A DNA stretch of 64,000 nucleotides from positions 1 to 64,000 of the IMG/VR virus record IMGVR_UViG_3300032805_000004, one strand, 5' to 3'. Every line of letters starts with the position of its first letter. The stretch's first letter is position 1. This document shows positions 46,065 through 55,261 of the stretch, piece after piece. The position numbers and the translations under genes were made by a program. This DNA comes from a virus. Below the pieces are notes generated by a model, which saw only the letters and a list, made by a program, of their open reading frames with translations, was not told the DNA's origin and did not search any database.

Positions 46065-46535
46065 TCACGGCAGTGGGATGAGACAGCCAGCGCTGCCCGT
46101 CCGCCCCGGCCAGAACCGGTCAAAATCCGCCGCATACGCTATTTCCGCCTGCGGACGCCCCGCCAGGACAAGCTGCCGCGCCGCATCTGGCGGGAACCCC
46201 ATACACGCCCGCAGCACACCGTAGGCCATGCTCGGCCCGCGGTTGACCCCGGCCGCGCAATGCGCATACACGCAGGTCCCGAGGCGGCTATACGCCCCGG
46301 TAGCGAACATGAGCCCCGACGACCACCACGTGTCAGGTTTCGGCAGCCCATCATCCGCTGTGGGATCCCACAGATACGTCAACCCGGCACCGGCGAGCAG
46401 TTGCGCATCGTCGAACTCGGCGCGGCAATCCAAAACGTGGGTGACCCCGGCGCGGATCAGTGCGGTCACATCGGCCTGGTCGGTGATCGCGGCGCCGGTG
46501 GCCAGCCGGGCTGTGATCATCCCGAAATCAGCCAC
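46065..46535 (-). CDS. Dual-specificity / protein-tyrosine phosphatase family protein
   Basis: HCAAGVNR (HCX5R); GVTHVLDCR; PTADDG general-acid loop. Confidence 0.88.
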   Translation of the reverse strand: MADFGMITARLATGAAITDQADVTALIRAGVTHVLDCRAEFDDAQLLAGAGLTYLWDPTADDGLPKPDTWWSSGLMFATGAYSRLGTCVYAHCAAGVNRGPSMAYGVLRACMGFPPDAARQLVLAGRPQAEIAYAADFDRFWPGRTGSAGCLIPLP

Positions 46536-46540
46536 GACGC

Positions 46541-49500
46541 CTACTTGCCGCGTTCCCTGGCGGCGTGCTGCGCAGGCCAGTACCCCAGCGCCTCGTGATG
46601 ACGCAAGTTACAGAACCCGTGCGCCTGCGCCTCAGTCATCTTCGCGTGCTCCATAACCAGCCGGGTGCACCTGTCGAAGTCCCCGGGACTGCCCCATTTG
46701 ATCTCTTCGGCATAGGCGAAGTGGGTTGGGCCGCCGTGCGCCTCATGCGTCCAATACTCCCGCAAAGTCTCGGCGTTCCCGGCCTTGGCCACCGGGGCGG
46801 GCTCCCAGCGGTCGCACACGTCCGCCGGGTCGATCACCCCAGCCACCAGACTGCACGCATGATCTTCGTACATGCTGCAGGTGCCGCACGAACGGTCCGG
46901 GTCGGTCGCGGCGCGGTAGCGGACACTGTTCTTGCTCACCTTGACCCGCTTCGCCGATGCCGTACCGAGCGCGGCGAGGACCGTGTCGAGGTCGCCGGCG
47001 AGTTCGGGCCGCACCGCCGGGTTGTCCCGCAGTAGGGCCGGGTCCCACCAGGCGATCGCCTCGACCTGGTCGCCGTCGGGGTCGTCGGGGTTGGTGACCT
47101 GCCCGCGGCCATCGTCGATGGGCACGGTGTCCTCGTCGGGGACGGCGTGGACGAATCCTTGGTAGACGCCGTCTGGGCTTGTCCAGCCGCCAACAATGTC
47201 GCCGTCGGGTACCGTATGGCCGGTTTCTTCGGCCCACTCCCGCTTGGCGGCCTCGAGCGGTGTCTCACCGGGGTCGAGCTTCCCGCCGGGGAACTCCCAA
47301 CATCCGCCGTCAGGGTCGTCTTCACCGAGGGCGCGCTGCAACATGAGCACCCGCCCAGTCCCGCGAGCCTGCACCGCCAGCCCCGCAGCGGTAGGGCCGG
47401 CGGTCGTCTTGTTCGCCGGATCGGCGCCCTGATGGAACTGGAACGAATGCGTCTCATCCCACGGGCCGCCGTCATGGTCCACGAACCCGACATACGCCTT
47501 CACCGGCCGACCCAGCTTTTTGTACGCCAACGTCCGGTGATGCCCGTCGATGATTTTGACCTTGTCGTCGCCGGGTTCCTGCACCGCGACCACCGGATGC
47601 AGATGCGCCCGTTCATGCTTGATGTCCGCAGTGAACTGTTTCACCCGGTCGGGCTGGTGCGACGCCGCCCACGAGCCGACGTCGTCGTAGTCGACCCGGT
47701 CCTGGGGGATCAGCACCGGCCCGATCCACCGGGCGTCATCGATCCAGCCGAGCGCATGCTCGGGGTAGTTCTTGCGGAGCTGGTTCTTGACGTGCTCCGG
47801 CTCGACCGGGTTGGGATCCGTGAGGTCGGCGGCGTTCTTCACCAGAACAGGTACGGCGGCGAGGGTCACGGCACCGATCGCAGCCGGCGCGAGAGCGCAC
47901 CTGCAGTTATGCGCTATGATTCCGTTGGCGAAATACCATCCGTCAACGGTTTCGAGATTGTAGACATGACCAGACCAGTCGCAATGACGCCTGAGCTCAG
48001 CGACGCGATCGACGCCTACAAGAGCGGCAAGTCGCTCAGTGAGTGCGCGGCCATGTGCGGCATCGTTGGGCCAACCTTCAGGAACCGCCTCATCAAACTG
48101 GGCATCCCCCTGCGAGACACGCACTGGCTCGCCACATCCCAAAAGCTCGCCCTGCCAGTCGCTCTCATCGAGGAGTTCCACGGCGGCGCGACCATCAAAT
48201 CCCTCACCCTGCGCTACGGCCTGTCTGGTAATACCATCCGCCGGAGACTCACAGAGTCCGGGGTCAACGTCAACCGACGCATACACCCGACCCCACCAGG
48301 CCTTATCGAGGATTACCTCGGCGGACTCGCCGTCAAGCCCATCGGCGCCAAGTATGGACTGGACCGCAACACCGTCTACAGGATGCTCCGCGAAGCAGGT
48401 ATCGACGGCCGGAACCGGTCGGAAGCAATGCAACTGCGCTGGCAGCGCGCGAACGTGGCCGAACGGCGCATCATGCTTGACCGGGCCCACGAGACGGCCC
48501 GTGGACGAGTCGCCAGCGCTGAGGAACGCGGCCAGATCGCTACCGCGAAAACAGGCGTGACCTTCAGCGGCAATGAGACAATCCTCGGCACACTCCTCGC
48601 CGACCTCGGCTACGACATCGCCTACGGTGTCCCCTGCGGCCCATACAACATCGACGTAGTTATCGCCGGAACCGTCGCCGTGGAAGTCAACGGCGGTAAC
48701 TGGCATGAGACCGGACATCACCGGGCCCGCTTCGGCGAGCGTGCGCGCCACATCCTCGATGCGGGCTACAGCCTGGCGATCATCTGGGCAGACGATCGCC
48801 GCTACCCGGTCAGCGCTATCTGTGCGGAGCAACTCGGAACCCTCACCGAGATCACCCGCGGGCACCCATCCATCGGGCGTCAGCACTGGGTGATTCGGGG
48901 TGACGGGCACTTCCTTACCGTCCGCGAAGACGATGGTGACGAGGTCCCCTTTATAACGTCGAGCGGTCGCCGCGACAGCTGACGGCCCAGTTACCACCAC
49001 GCCAGCAGGGAAACAACGCGGGTGGCCCGGCGGTGACGGCACCCCCGACGGGAACAGATCCCCCGTCGGGATCGGCCCGGCGTCACGGTTCGCCTGGCAG
49101 GCCACGCAGACACGCCCATCATCCGGTGCGGTCAGCCACTCCGTACGCGTCACCCCAGCATCGCTGTAGCGGTCCATCGACGCGGCGGACACGGCGCGGG
49201 CGATCTCCGTGTGGGCGATCATCTCCGCCCGGTTCTTCACATCAAGAATGCCCGGCAAGTCACGGGCGACCGTGTCCACCGGCTCACCCGCCCGGACACC
49301 CTCACTGATCGCCTGCGCGAGGTCGTCCATCTTGCTGTCCGCGACCGCGCTGATCCCCCGGACGTCGTACTCGTCAAGGAGGTTCCGCAGCCCAGTCTCA
49401 TCGGCGATCTTTGCGGCGGCTTTCGGGTCGCCGGGTTTCCAGTCGCCCCAGTCCGGCGGCCCCGCATTCAGCACAGCCGTGGCGGACGCGTCACCCAGCG

Positions 49501-50455
49501 CGTAGCCCTCAGTCCACACGTTCGGCAGGATCGCGTCGAGCGCGGCCCGGATGATGTCAGCGACCGCACCGATCAACGACTGGACGGTGACCGGCAGTTT
49601 CCCCGCCTGCCAGTCAGCGATCAGGTCACGCGCCTTGCCGATGGCCGCGGCGAACGCCTGGCCGATGCGTTTCGTGTAGACGGCGACGAGGGCGAGGTCG
49701 CGTTGCCAGCCGGGCCAGTCAGGCTGCCCGCCACCACCGGGGGGCGTCTGCCCTTTTGGGCCCGCATCATCTGCCTTGACGAGCTCGACGTCTGCGGCGG
49801 ATTTGATATGACCGGCGGCGAGAACAGCTTTCGCCTGGTTGAACAGCTGGGTGGCCTGGCGGCGCAGTACGCCGGCCTTGTTCTCCAGCTTCGTGATCTG
49901 CTTCGTCTTCGTCGCGACACTGCTCGCCGTAGACGGTTTCTTCGCCGCTGCTGGTTGTTTCCCAGACGCTGCGGCCGACGACGCGGCAGGTTTCGCTGCG
50001 GTAGCCGGCTTCTTCCCAGTCGCGGTCGCCCGCGACGTCGCCGCCGCCACCGTAGCTTTAAGCGCGGCGACCTGCAGATCAATCTGGTGGGCTTGTGCGA
50101 GCAAAGCACGCGCCTGACTGCGAAGATCGGCGGCCTCCGCCTTCGCTGCGGCGGAGATTTTCGGCTTACCGCCGCCGCTGGGCTTCTTCGCCCCGCTAGC
50201 GGGCTTCTTCGCAGCCGGTGCCTTCGCCGGTTTCGCCGCGGGCTTCGGCGCCGAGATGCCGCCGGACTGGTTGTAAGCGGCAATCGCCGATTCCTGCTGC
50301 TGCACCGGGGTGCCTTGCCCGGTCGCCGAGAACTGGCCACCCTGCGTGGTGCCCTGCGGTGCCCGTAGCTCCTGTTTGGTGACGGTGTCGAACGCGGCGA
50401 GGGCAGCTTTGAGGACTGCCCCGGCCATCAGGTCCTCAACGTCGTTAGCGGTCAC
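46541..50455 (-). CDS. Polyvalent MuF (SPP1 gp7-like) minor head protein: MuF (intein-split) + ParB/Srx-like + NUDIX + HiPIP-like + C-terminal conserved domain
   Basis: RA..IA.TE..RA...EWLTA.D.RVC..C..N...PP.HPR|CRC; IIDGHHR; GGKLDPGETPLEAAKREWAEETG; C..C..Y....C..V.G.I.P...C..W. Confidence 0.88.
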   Translation of the reverse strand: MTANDVEDLMAGAVLKAALAAFDTVTKQELRAPQGTTQGGQFSATGQGTPVQQQESAIAAYNQSGGISAPKPAAKPAKAPAAKKPASGAKKPSGGGKPKISAAAKAEAADLRSQARALLAQAHQIDLQVAALKATVAAATSRATATGKKPATAAKPAASSAAASGKQPAAAKKPSTASSVATKTKQITKLENKAGVLRRQATQLFNQAKAVLAAGHIKSAADVELVKADDAGPKGQTPPGGGGQPDWPGWQRDLALVAVYTKRIGQAFAAAIGKARDLIADWQAGKLPVTVQSLIGAVADIIRAALDAILPNVWTEGYALGDASATAVLNAGPPDWGDWKPGDPKAAAKIADETGLRNLLDEYDVRGISAVADSKMDDLAQAISEGVRAGEPVDTVARDLPGILDVKNRAEMIAHTEIARAVSAASMDRYSDAGVTRTEWLTAPDDGRVCVACQANRDAGPIPTGDLFPSGVPSPPGHPRCFPAGVVVTGPSAVAATARRYKGDLVTIVFADGKEVPVTPNHPVLTPDGWVPAGDLGEGSELLRTDSADRVAAIVCPDDRQAVARIEDVARTLAEAGPVMSGLMPVTAVDFHGDGSGDNYVDVVWAAGDTVGDVVAEVGEECAEDCLIAAEGHACFRGSDLAAFLSAGDSSTGRLVGPVKHDAPFGHVRALPAQLHCFRPVPAVDTCFAEHPVDGVAVQSILGADGLDGESAEVILDKAWWGRVYASVDVDPGLCESPADGITRQAVAQGEGFDGRAAVELLDESDWQGELLGCGEPVRVSQGDAQFDEAVPEGWPNDAAHGRALTERLAALVGVDRVAELRRHCDWSGHVYNLETVDGWYFANGIIAHNCRCALAPAAIGAVTLAAVPVLVKNAADLTDPNPVEPEHVKNQLRKNYPEHALGWIDDARWIGPVLIPQDRVDYDDVGSWAASHQPDRVKQFTADIKHERAHLHPVVAVQEPGDDKVKIIDGHHRTLAYKKLGRPVKAYVGFVDHDGGPWDETHSFQFHQGADPANKTTAGPTAAGLAVQARGTGRVLMLQRALGEDDPDGGCWEFPGGKLDPGETPLEAAKREWAEETGHTVPDGDIVGGWTSPDGVYQGFVHAVPDEDTVPIDDGRGQVTNPDDPDGDQVEAIAWWDPALLRDNPAVRPELAGDLDTVLAALGTASAKRVKVSKNSVRYRAATDPDRSCGTCSMYEDHACSLVAGVIDPADVCDRWEPAPVAKAGNAETLREYWTHEAHGGPTHFAYAEEIKWGSPGDFDRCTRLVMEHAKMTEAQAHGFCNLRHHEALGYWPAQHAARERGK
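47906..49015 (-). mobile_element. Intein (370 aa) in the MuF HPR|CRC motif
   Basis: Starts CFPAG; block B VTPNHPVLT; block F VYNLET; ends HN followed by Cys; removal restores HPRCRC. Confidence 0.92.
47966..48982 (+). CDS. HTH-repeat + Vsr/DUF559-like endonuclease encoded antisense within the intein
   Basis: Three HTH repeats (Y..G.S....A...G....T....L...GI); E..L...L...G......PCGPYNID...AVEVNGGNWH...R...I...GY....IW; TATGAT at 47915. Confidence 0.85.
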   Translation: MTRPVAMTPELSDAIDAYKSGKSLSECAAMCGIVGPTFRNRLIKLGIPLRDTHWLATSQKLALPVALIEEFHGGATIKSLTLRYGLSGNTIRRRLTESGVNVNRRIHPTPPGLIEDYLGGLAVKPIGAKYGLDRNTVYRMLREAGIDGRNRSEAMQLRWQRANVAERRIMLDRAHETARGRVASAEERGQIATAKTGVTFSGNETILGTLLADLGYDIAYGVPCGPYNIDVVIAGTVAVEVNGGNWHETGHHRARFGERARHILDAGYSLAIIWADDRRYPVSAICAEQLGTLTEITRGHPSIGRQHWVIRGDGHFLTVREDDGDEVPFITSSGRRDS

Positions 50456-50488
50456 GGCTCACCCCCGGGTCTCGGCAATAATGCGGGG

Positions 50489-50812
50489 ATGAGCACCGAA
50501 CTGCTGCGGCTCCCGCCAGGACACAAGCTATACAGCTTTGATGCTCGTGAGGTCGCTGCTCCAGGGGCCATCTATCTAGCTTGGATGCCTGGCGACCTCG
50601 AAACATTGTTCGGGCCAGCACGGGAACTCCGCGACCGGGAGTTCCTGCTAGAGGTGGACGGTGAACAGTGGCTTGCTACTCCGATGCCGGATCTATTCAT
50701 GGCTACCAATGATGATCACGTGATGGTCCTCGATACGGCCAGCATCAACGCGCGGACCAACGGCGAGATAACTACGATCGACTTCAAGCTACTGCGTCCT
50801 ATCCAGCCTTAG
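50489..50812 (+). CDS. Hypothetical moron protein (antisense, leaderless)
   Basis: AATAAT 6 nt before ATG; lower GC. Confidence 0.6.
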   Translation: MSTELLRLPPGHKLYSFDAREVAAPGAIYLAWMPGDLETLFGPARELRDREFLLEVDGEQWLATPMPDLFMATNDDHVMVLDTASINARTNGEITTIDFKLLRPIQP

Positions 50813-52934
50813 CGAGCGCGGTCTTAGCATCCGCTATCGCGGTGGTGACGGACTGCCCGTCACCGAGATCGAACCGGACCACGTCGAGGACGTCGCCGGG
50901 TAGGTGACGCGCATCCCACGAGGCCGGGTCACGGCCTTTGCGGAGGTGCCGTTCGAGGGCGTCGAGCTCGGCCCACGCTGCTTTCCCCACAGCCGCAGCC
51001 GTAGTCGGCCCGCTCGGGCTGCCTTGGCCGCGGCCGCCAGTATGCACGTCCGCGCCGGCCTCGCTGGCGGTGTGACCCGGGGTTTGTCCCGTGTTACCCG
51101 CACCCGACTGTGGTTTGTTGCCGCCGCCAGCCTCCGCCGGGGCGCTCGCAGGCCCGGCCGGCGCCGCGCCAGCCCCGGGCGGCTTCGGCGCACCCGGCGG
51201 AGGTGCCCCCCCTGCAGCCGGTGCGGGCGGCCCGCCCGGCTGACCAGGCAGCGGCGGCTGACCGGGCACAGGCTGCGGACCGGCATTCGGATCCGGCTGT
51301 CTCGTCTGCGGATTCATCGCACCCAAAGGAACCACACCAGTCTGGCTGGCCCACACCGGATCCGAAGTGATCGGGATCCCCCACGGGTCCCGGTTCAGCT
51401 CAGCCCGCGCCTCATCAATGGATGACAGGCCGGCGCCGATCTGGGTGACGAGCAGCCCGGTCAACGTTTCCTCGTCTTCGTCCTGCTCGAGGCCTTCGGG
51501 CATCCATTGCAGGTCGTCTTGGCCGCACACGACCTGGAGGACCTTGTCGAACAGGGATTGCTTCAGGAACTCCAGCGTGGGGATCAGCGATTTGCGGGCG
51601 TGAACGTCCTTCGTCATCTTCGACATCTGGTTCGCGGCGCCGACGGACATCGTGGTGGATGCGCGTGGGGTGAGGCCGAGTTCCATCGGCATCACCTGGA
51701 AGGCCATGCAGACCTCTATCGACACGATGGAGTCGAACTCGGTGGCGAGTTCGGGTGGTTTCTGCGGGTCGGTTTTGGATCCCGGCGGCAGAACGACGAT
51801 CTTGTGTTTGAAGCCGACGTCACCGGCCAGCGCGTTCAACGCGTCCTGCAATTCGCGGATCTGCGACGGGGTCATGTTCACGTCACCAGGGCTGACGAAC
51901 ATGCCGGGGATGGAACCTTCGCGGTAGAAGTCCATCTGGTACTGCTGCTTACCGAGCCCGGTCATGACCGGGACGAGGGCTTGTTCGATCGGTGGCATCC
52001 CGTACGGAGATGTTGTCTGCCGGGTGTACGGCAGGTACAGCAGTTGATCGCCGCGGTATTCGGCGACCTGGCCGGCTTTGAGTTCGTCGGTGAGGTCGTT
52101 TTGGTTGATGAGCTGCATGAGGTCGACGCGGGGGACGCCCCACAGGTACTGCTGGAACGCTGGGGCTGGTGGTCGTGGGCGGGAGCCGTGGAGGTCGAAC
52201 AGGGGGCGCAAGGTGTCACCGGCGATGAGCTCGAGCGCGGTGAGGTCGGAGCCGAGGAGGCCTTTGCCTTTGCCCCAGGTGGGGCGCAAATAGACGGACA
52301 TGGCGTCGATGGCGTAGAGGTCTTCGAGGAGGGTGTCGAGCCACGATGACCAGGAGCCGTATTCGGGGTCGGGGTTTTTGAAGAAGGCGACGGCTTGGGC
52401 TCGTCTCTCGCCGAAGTCGGCCATTGCTTTGTGGTCGCCGCGCATGGCTTTGGCGGCGTCTCGGGTGGGGATGATGTCCCATTCGAGGCCGCGGATCTCG
52501 GACTTGAGTAGCTGGATGCATGCCCTAGCTACCGAGTAGAGGGATGCGAGACTGCGAAGTACCTGGAAGTCGGCGAGTTTGACGCCTTCGGTGCCCGGCT
52601 GGCCGACGGGGAGGTTCCATCCGACCTGGTAGGGGAGCCGGCGTGGCATGGCGCGTTCGGCGCCTTCGGGTGGCTCGTCGATCGCCATCGGGTAGATGGG
52701 TGCGAACGGTCCGAAGGCGCCGGCTTGGAAGTTCTGCGGCGACCTGGGGAGGAAACTGCCGTAGCCCGAGGCGTAGCCGGCTTGTGGTCCGCCGCCTAGC
52801 TGTGCGGCGAGTGGGCTGATCTGGCCGGTGGAGGGTCCTGTGGGGCCGGTTGGCATGGCGAGGGCGCCTTGGCCGGATGGTGAGGCGGCGCGGGCGGCGC
52901 GGGCACCACCGATGATGGCTGCTGGGCTTGCCAA
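50799..52934 (-). CDS. Portal protein
   Basis: SPYGMPPIEQA; FYREGSIPG; AFQVMPMELG; SIDEARAEL; Pro-rich tail. Confidence 0.9.
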   Translation of the reverse strand: MASPAAIIGGARAARAASPSGQGALAMPTGPTGPSTGQISPLAAQLGGGPQAGYASGYGSFLPRSPQNFQAGAFGPFAPIYPMAIDEPPEGAERAMPRRLPYQVGWNLPVGQPGTEGVKLADFQVLRSLASLYSVARACIQLLKSEIRGLEWDIIPTRDAAKAMRGDHKAMADFGERRAQAVAFFKNPDPEYGSWSSWLDTLLEDLYAIDAMSVYLRPTWGKGKGLLGSDLTALELIAGDTLRPLFDLHGSRPRPPAPAFQQYLWGVPRVDLMQLINQNDLTDELKAGQVAEYRGDQLLYLPYTRQTTSPYGMPPIEQALVPVMTGLGKQQYQMDFYREGSIPGMFVSPGDVNMTPSQIRELQDALNALAGDVGFKHKIVVLPPGSKTDPQKPPELATEFDSIVSIEVCMAFQVMPMELGLTPRASTTMSVGAANQMSKMTKDVHARKSLIPTLEFLKQSLFDKVLQVVCGQDDLQWMPEGLEQDEDEETLTGLLVTQIGAGLSSIDEARAELNRDPWGIPITSDPVWASQTGVVPLGAMNPQTRQPDPNAGPQPVPGQPPLPGQPGGPPAPAAGGAPPPGAPKPPGAGAAPAGPASAPAEAGGGNKPQSGAGNTGQTPGHTASEAGADVHTGGRGQGSPSGPTTAAAVGKAAWAELDALERHLRKGRDPASWDARHLPGDVLDVVRFDLGDGQSVTTAIADAKTALAKAG

Positions 52935-53136
52935 CTTTGGCTCACCCCCGCGCGTCTTTCCTTATGATTTGTGACTCTCGGTCCCCTCGACGGCATCATC
53001 CACCCCACAGCCGGACAGGGGACCGAGCCATTTACCAACACCTAACCGCCCAGCAACCCCCCACACACCCACGCCCCGCAAGCTTGCAGTGTGCTGCTGA
53101 CGGACACCGACGGCCGCCGCTACGTCCGCACCCAAC

Positions 53137-53388
53137 CTACGAACTGGACTCCCGCAGCGCTCGTTTCACCCGCCGCTCAAGCCGCTTCGCCGCAGCCTTC
53201 GCCGTCTTCGGACCCCCATACCCCATCGCCCTGCCTACCTGCGCCCACGTCGCCCCGTTAGCGATCGCCTCACCCACCAGCTGCAAGCGGAGCGCATCGC
53301 GTTGCACACCTGGTTCCGGCATCACCGGGTTCGTCCCCGCCATCGCGGCCAACGACGCCAACTGCTCAGTCTCAGACGGTGAAGTCAT
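53137..53388 (-). CDS. Small HTH-like protein
   Basis: GATWAQVGRAMGY. Confidence 0.55.
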   Translation of the reverse strand: MTSPSETEQLASLAAMAGTNPVMPEPGVQRDALRLQLVGEAIANGATWAQVGRAMGYGGPKTAKAAAKRLERRVKRALRESSS

Positions 53389-53539
53389 GGACGTCCCAAG
53401 TTGCGCTCAGTTCATCCCGCGTCAGCAGCCCATCCCGCGCGATAGCAGCCTCAAGGCGCAAGCGCTCTAGTTCCGCTTGCAGCAGGTCGAACAGCGCATC
53501 CCTCCGCTTCGCCTGCTCGGTTTCAGACGGTGGGGCCAC
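53372..53539 (-). CDS. Small hypothetical protein
   Basis: Coiled-coil-like; begins PSETEQ like its neighbour. Confidence 0.4.
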   Translation of the reverse strand: MAPPSETEQAKRRDALFDLLQAELERLRLEAAIARDGLLTRDELSATWDVHDFTV

Positions 53540-53741
53540 GGACCGGTCGCACCCCGCAATGCTTACACGGCCCCGGCAGCAAATCCGGATGCTCACGGGT
53601 CAGGTCGTAGCAGTGGCCGCCGCGCTGCACGCACATCTCCTGGCTGACGGTCTGGCGGTCGGAGGCGAGCTGTTCCGCCTCGGCTTCCGGGTCGGTGATG
53701 ATGCGGACGACCCCATGGGGGAACCCGGGCGGCAGGGTCAC
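53523..53741 (-). CDS. Small Cys/His hypothetical protein
   Basis: GTGA coupling; C....GH......CKHCG. Confidence 0.45.
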   Translation of the reverse strand: MTLPPGFPHGVVRIITDPEAEAEQLASDRQTVSQEMCVQRGGHCYDLTREHPDLLPGPCKHCGVRPVRGPTV

Positions 53742-54079
53742 GCAGCAGGCCCCGGCTCGTACGGTGGCCGCTCGATGGTGGCCTGGTCTGGTTCTGGCCG
53801 GTCGTTCGGTGTCTCGGCTACGGCGAGCTGGTCGGCGCGGAGGACGATGGCGCGGACCCCGGCTTGCTGCAAGGTTTGGGTAACGCCCTGCGCGTATTGG
53901 GCGAACACCGGATCGGGCATCGTCACCGGCAGACGGATGATCAGCATCTCGCCGGGACGGACAACCGTCGCGCATTCGCGGACGGCGCGGAGCAGCAGGT
54001 CACGGTCGATGACGGGGGTGCCGTTGCCGAGGAGATGCGCGCCAGGCGGAATGATCGTACCCGGGTTGATCAAGTTCAC
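53738..54079 (-). CDS. Hypothetical protein
   Basis: GTGA coupling; GAGG RBS. Confidence 0.6.
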   Translation of the reverse strand: MNLINPGTIIPPGAHLLGNGTPVIDRDLLLRAVRECATVVRPGEMLIIRLPVTMPDPVFAQYAQGVTQTLQQAGVRAIVLRADQLAVAETPNDRPEPDQATIERPPYEPGPAA

Positions 54080-54627
54080 AGGGTCCCCTCCTCCTCATCG
54101 CCGTCATCTTCTGCCACGTCTTCCGGCCACAGGATGCTATCGGTGGGCCATTTCCCGTGCGGCCAGTACCGGACCGCCGAAACCATCGTCCCGTCACGGC
54201 TAAACGACTTCACCCGCGGGCACGCCACACCCTGCGCGGCGTGGATACCGGAGCAGTATTCGCAGCCGCCTTCGGCGAGGAGTTTGCGGGCGTCTTCCTT
54301 CTGCTGCGCGGTGAGCCTCGGCCGCCCCGTCGTCCCATCCCATGACGGGACATGTTCATCTGGGAGCAACCTGGCAGGCGGTACACCCAGCGCTGCTGCG
54401 ATGACGAGCAGTTCGGCGATGCTGAGAGCTTCCCTGTGGCCGTTCTCAAGATTCGTCAGCACCGAACGCGGAACCGCGAAACCTAGCTGCTCGCAGCGGT
54501 CGGCTAGCTTCTGTGCGCTCATCTTGTGCCCTATCCGGTGCCGCCGGATCTCGGCGGCGATGGCGCAGGTGAGCCACTGTTGCCAGTCTTCTTGTTCTGC
54601 AGTTGCGTGGAATTGCGTTTCGGGCAT
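54076..54627 (-). CDS. XRE-family HTH regulator with C-terminal Cys/His domain
   Basis: IRRHR....MSAQKLADRC...RSVLTNLENG......EL..IAAALGVPP. Confidence 0.8.
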   Translation of the reverse strand: MPETQFHATAEQEDWQQWLTCAIAAEIRRHRIGHKMSAQKLADRCEQLGFAVPRSVLTNLENGHREALSIAELLVIAAALGVPPARLLPDEHVPSWDGTTGRPRLTAQQKEDARKLLAEGGCEYCSGIHAAQGVACPRVKSFSRDGTMVSAVRYWPHGKWPTDSILWPEDVAEDDGDEEEGTL

Positions 54628-54658
54628 GAGCGGCTCCAGCATGCGGTAGCAATGACGG

Positions 54659-55261
54659 GTGGCGGCGGATGGGGTGGAGCACGGCCGGATCATACGGCTC
54701 GGTGTAGCCGCCGCCGCTGCGGTCACATCCGCGTTCGCCTGCTCCCGGCTGTTCGGCACGGGTGGCACCCTCATCGGTACCGCTGTCGGCGCGGTCGTCT
54801 CCGGTGCCGCAGCTGAACTGTACGGGCGCGCCGCAGCCGCCGCCAAAGCACGTCTGCCGCGGCCGGAGCTGAACGGCCGCCTGGTCGCCGAGGTCGCGGC
54901 AGGCTGCGCGGTGGTGGCTGTGGCGGCTTTCGGGGTCGTCTACGGTGTCGAGAAGGCGACGGGGAGGCCCCTGTCGGCGGTGACGACAGGGGCGGATGTG
55001 CGCGGTGACTCGTTCACCGGTTCAACGCCGTACACGCCGCCTGCCGCACCTGCGCCGTCGGTGTTGCCGACGGTGGATCCGTCGGTGCCGCTGGCCACGC
55101 CGTCGCTGTCATCGGTTGCGAGCCCGGGTGTGGTCACCTCGAGCGCGGCGCCGGGCCCGTCACCGTCGGCGACCGAACCCGCCGTATCGCCCAGCGAACA
55201 GTCGCCGGAGGTTCAGGCGCCGCAGCCCGCCGGGACACCGATCGTTACCTCGTCGCCCTAA
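54659..55261 (+). CDS. Membrane protein with Pro/Ser-rich tail (antisense moron)
   Basis: GTGGTLIG.AVG.VVS TM hairpin; third TM; low-complexity tail. Confidence 0.65.
   Translation: MAADGVEHGRIIRLGVAAAAAVTSAFACSRLFGTGGTLIGTAVGAVVSGAAAELYGRAAAAAKARLPRPELNGRLVAEVAAGCAVVAVAAFGVVYGVEKATGRPLSAVTTGADVRGDSFTGSTPYTPPAAPAPSVLPTVDPSVPLATPSLSSVASPGVVTSSAAPGPSPSATEPAVSPSEQSPEVQAPQPAGTPIVTSSP

Noticed and set aside
47147-47965. N-terminal 273 aa of the 611-aa plus-strand ORF
   Set aside because: It is the antisense shadow of the MuF NUDIX/ParB region. Recognisable domains begin only at ATG 47966/47984.
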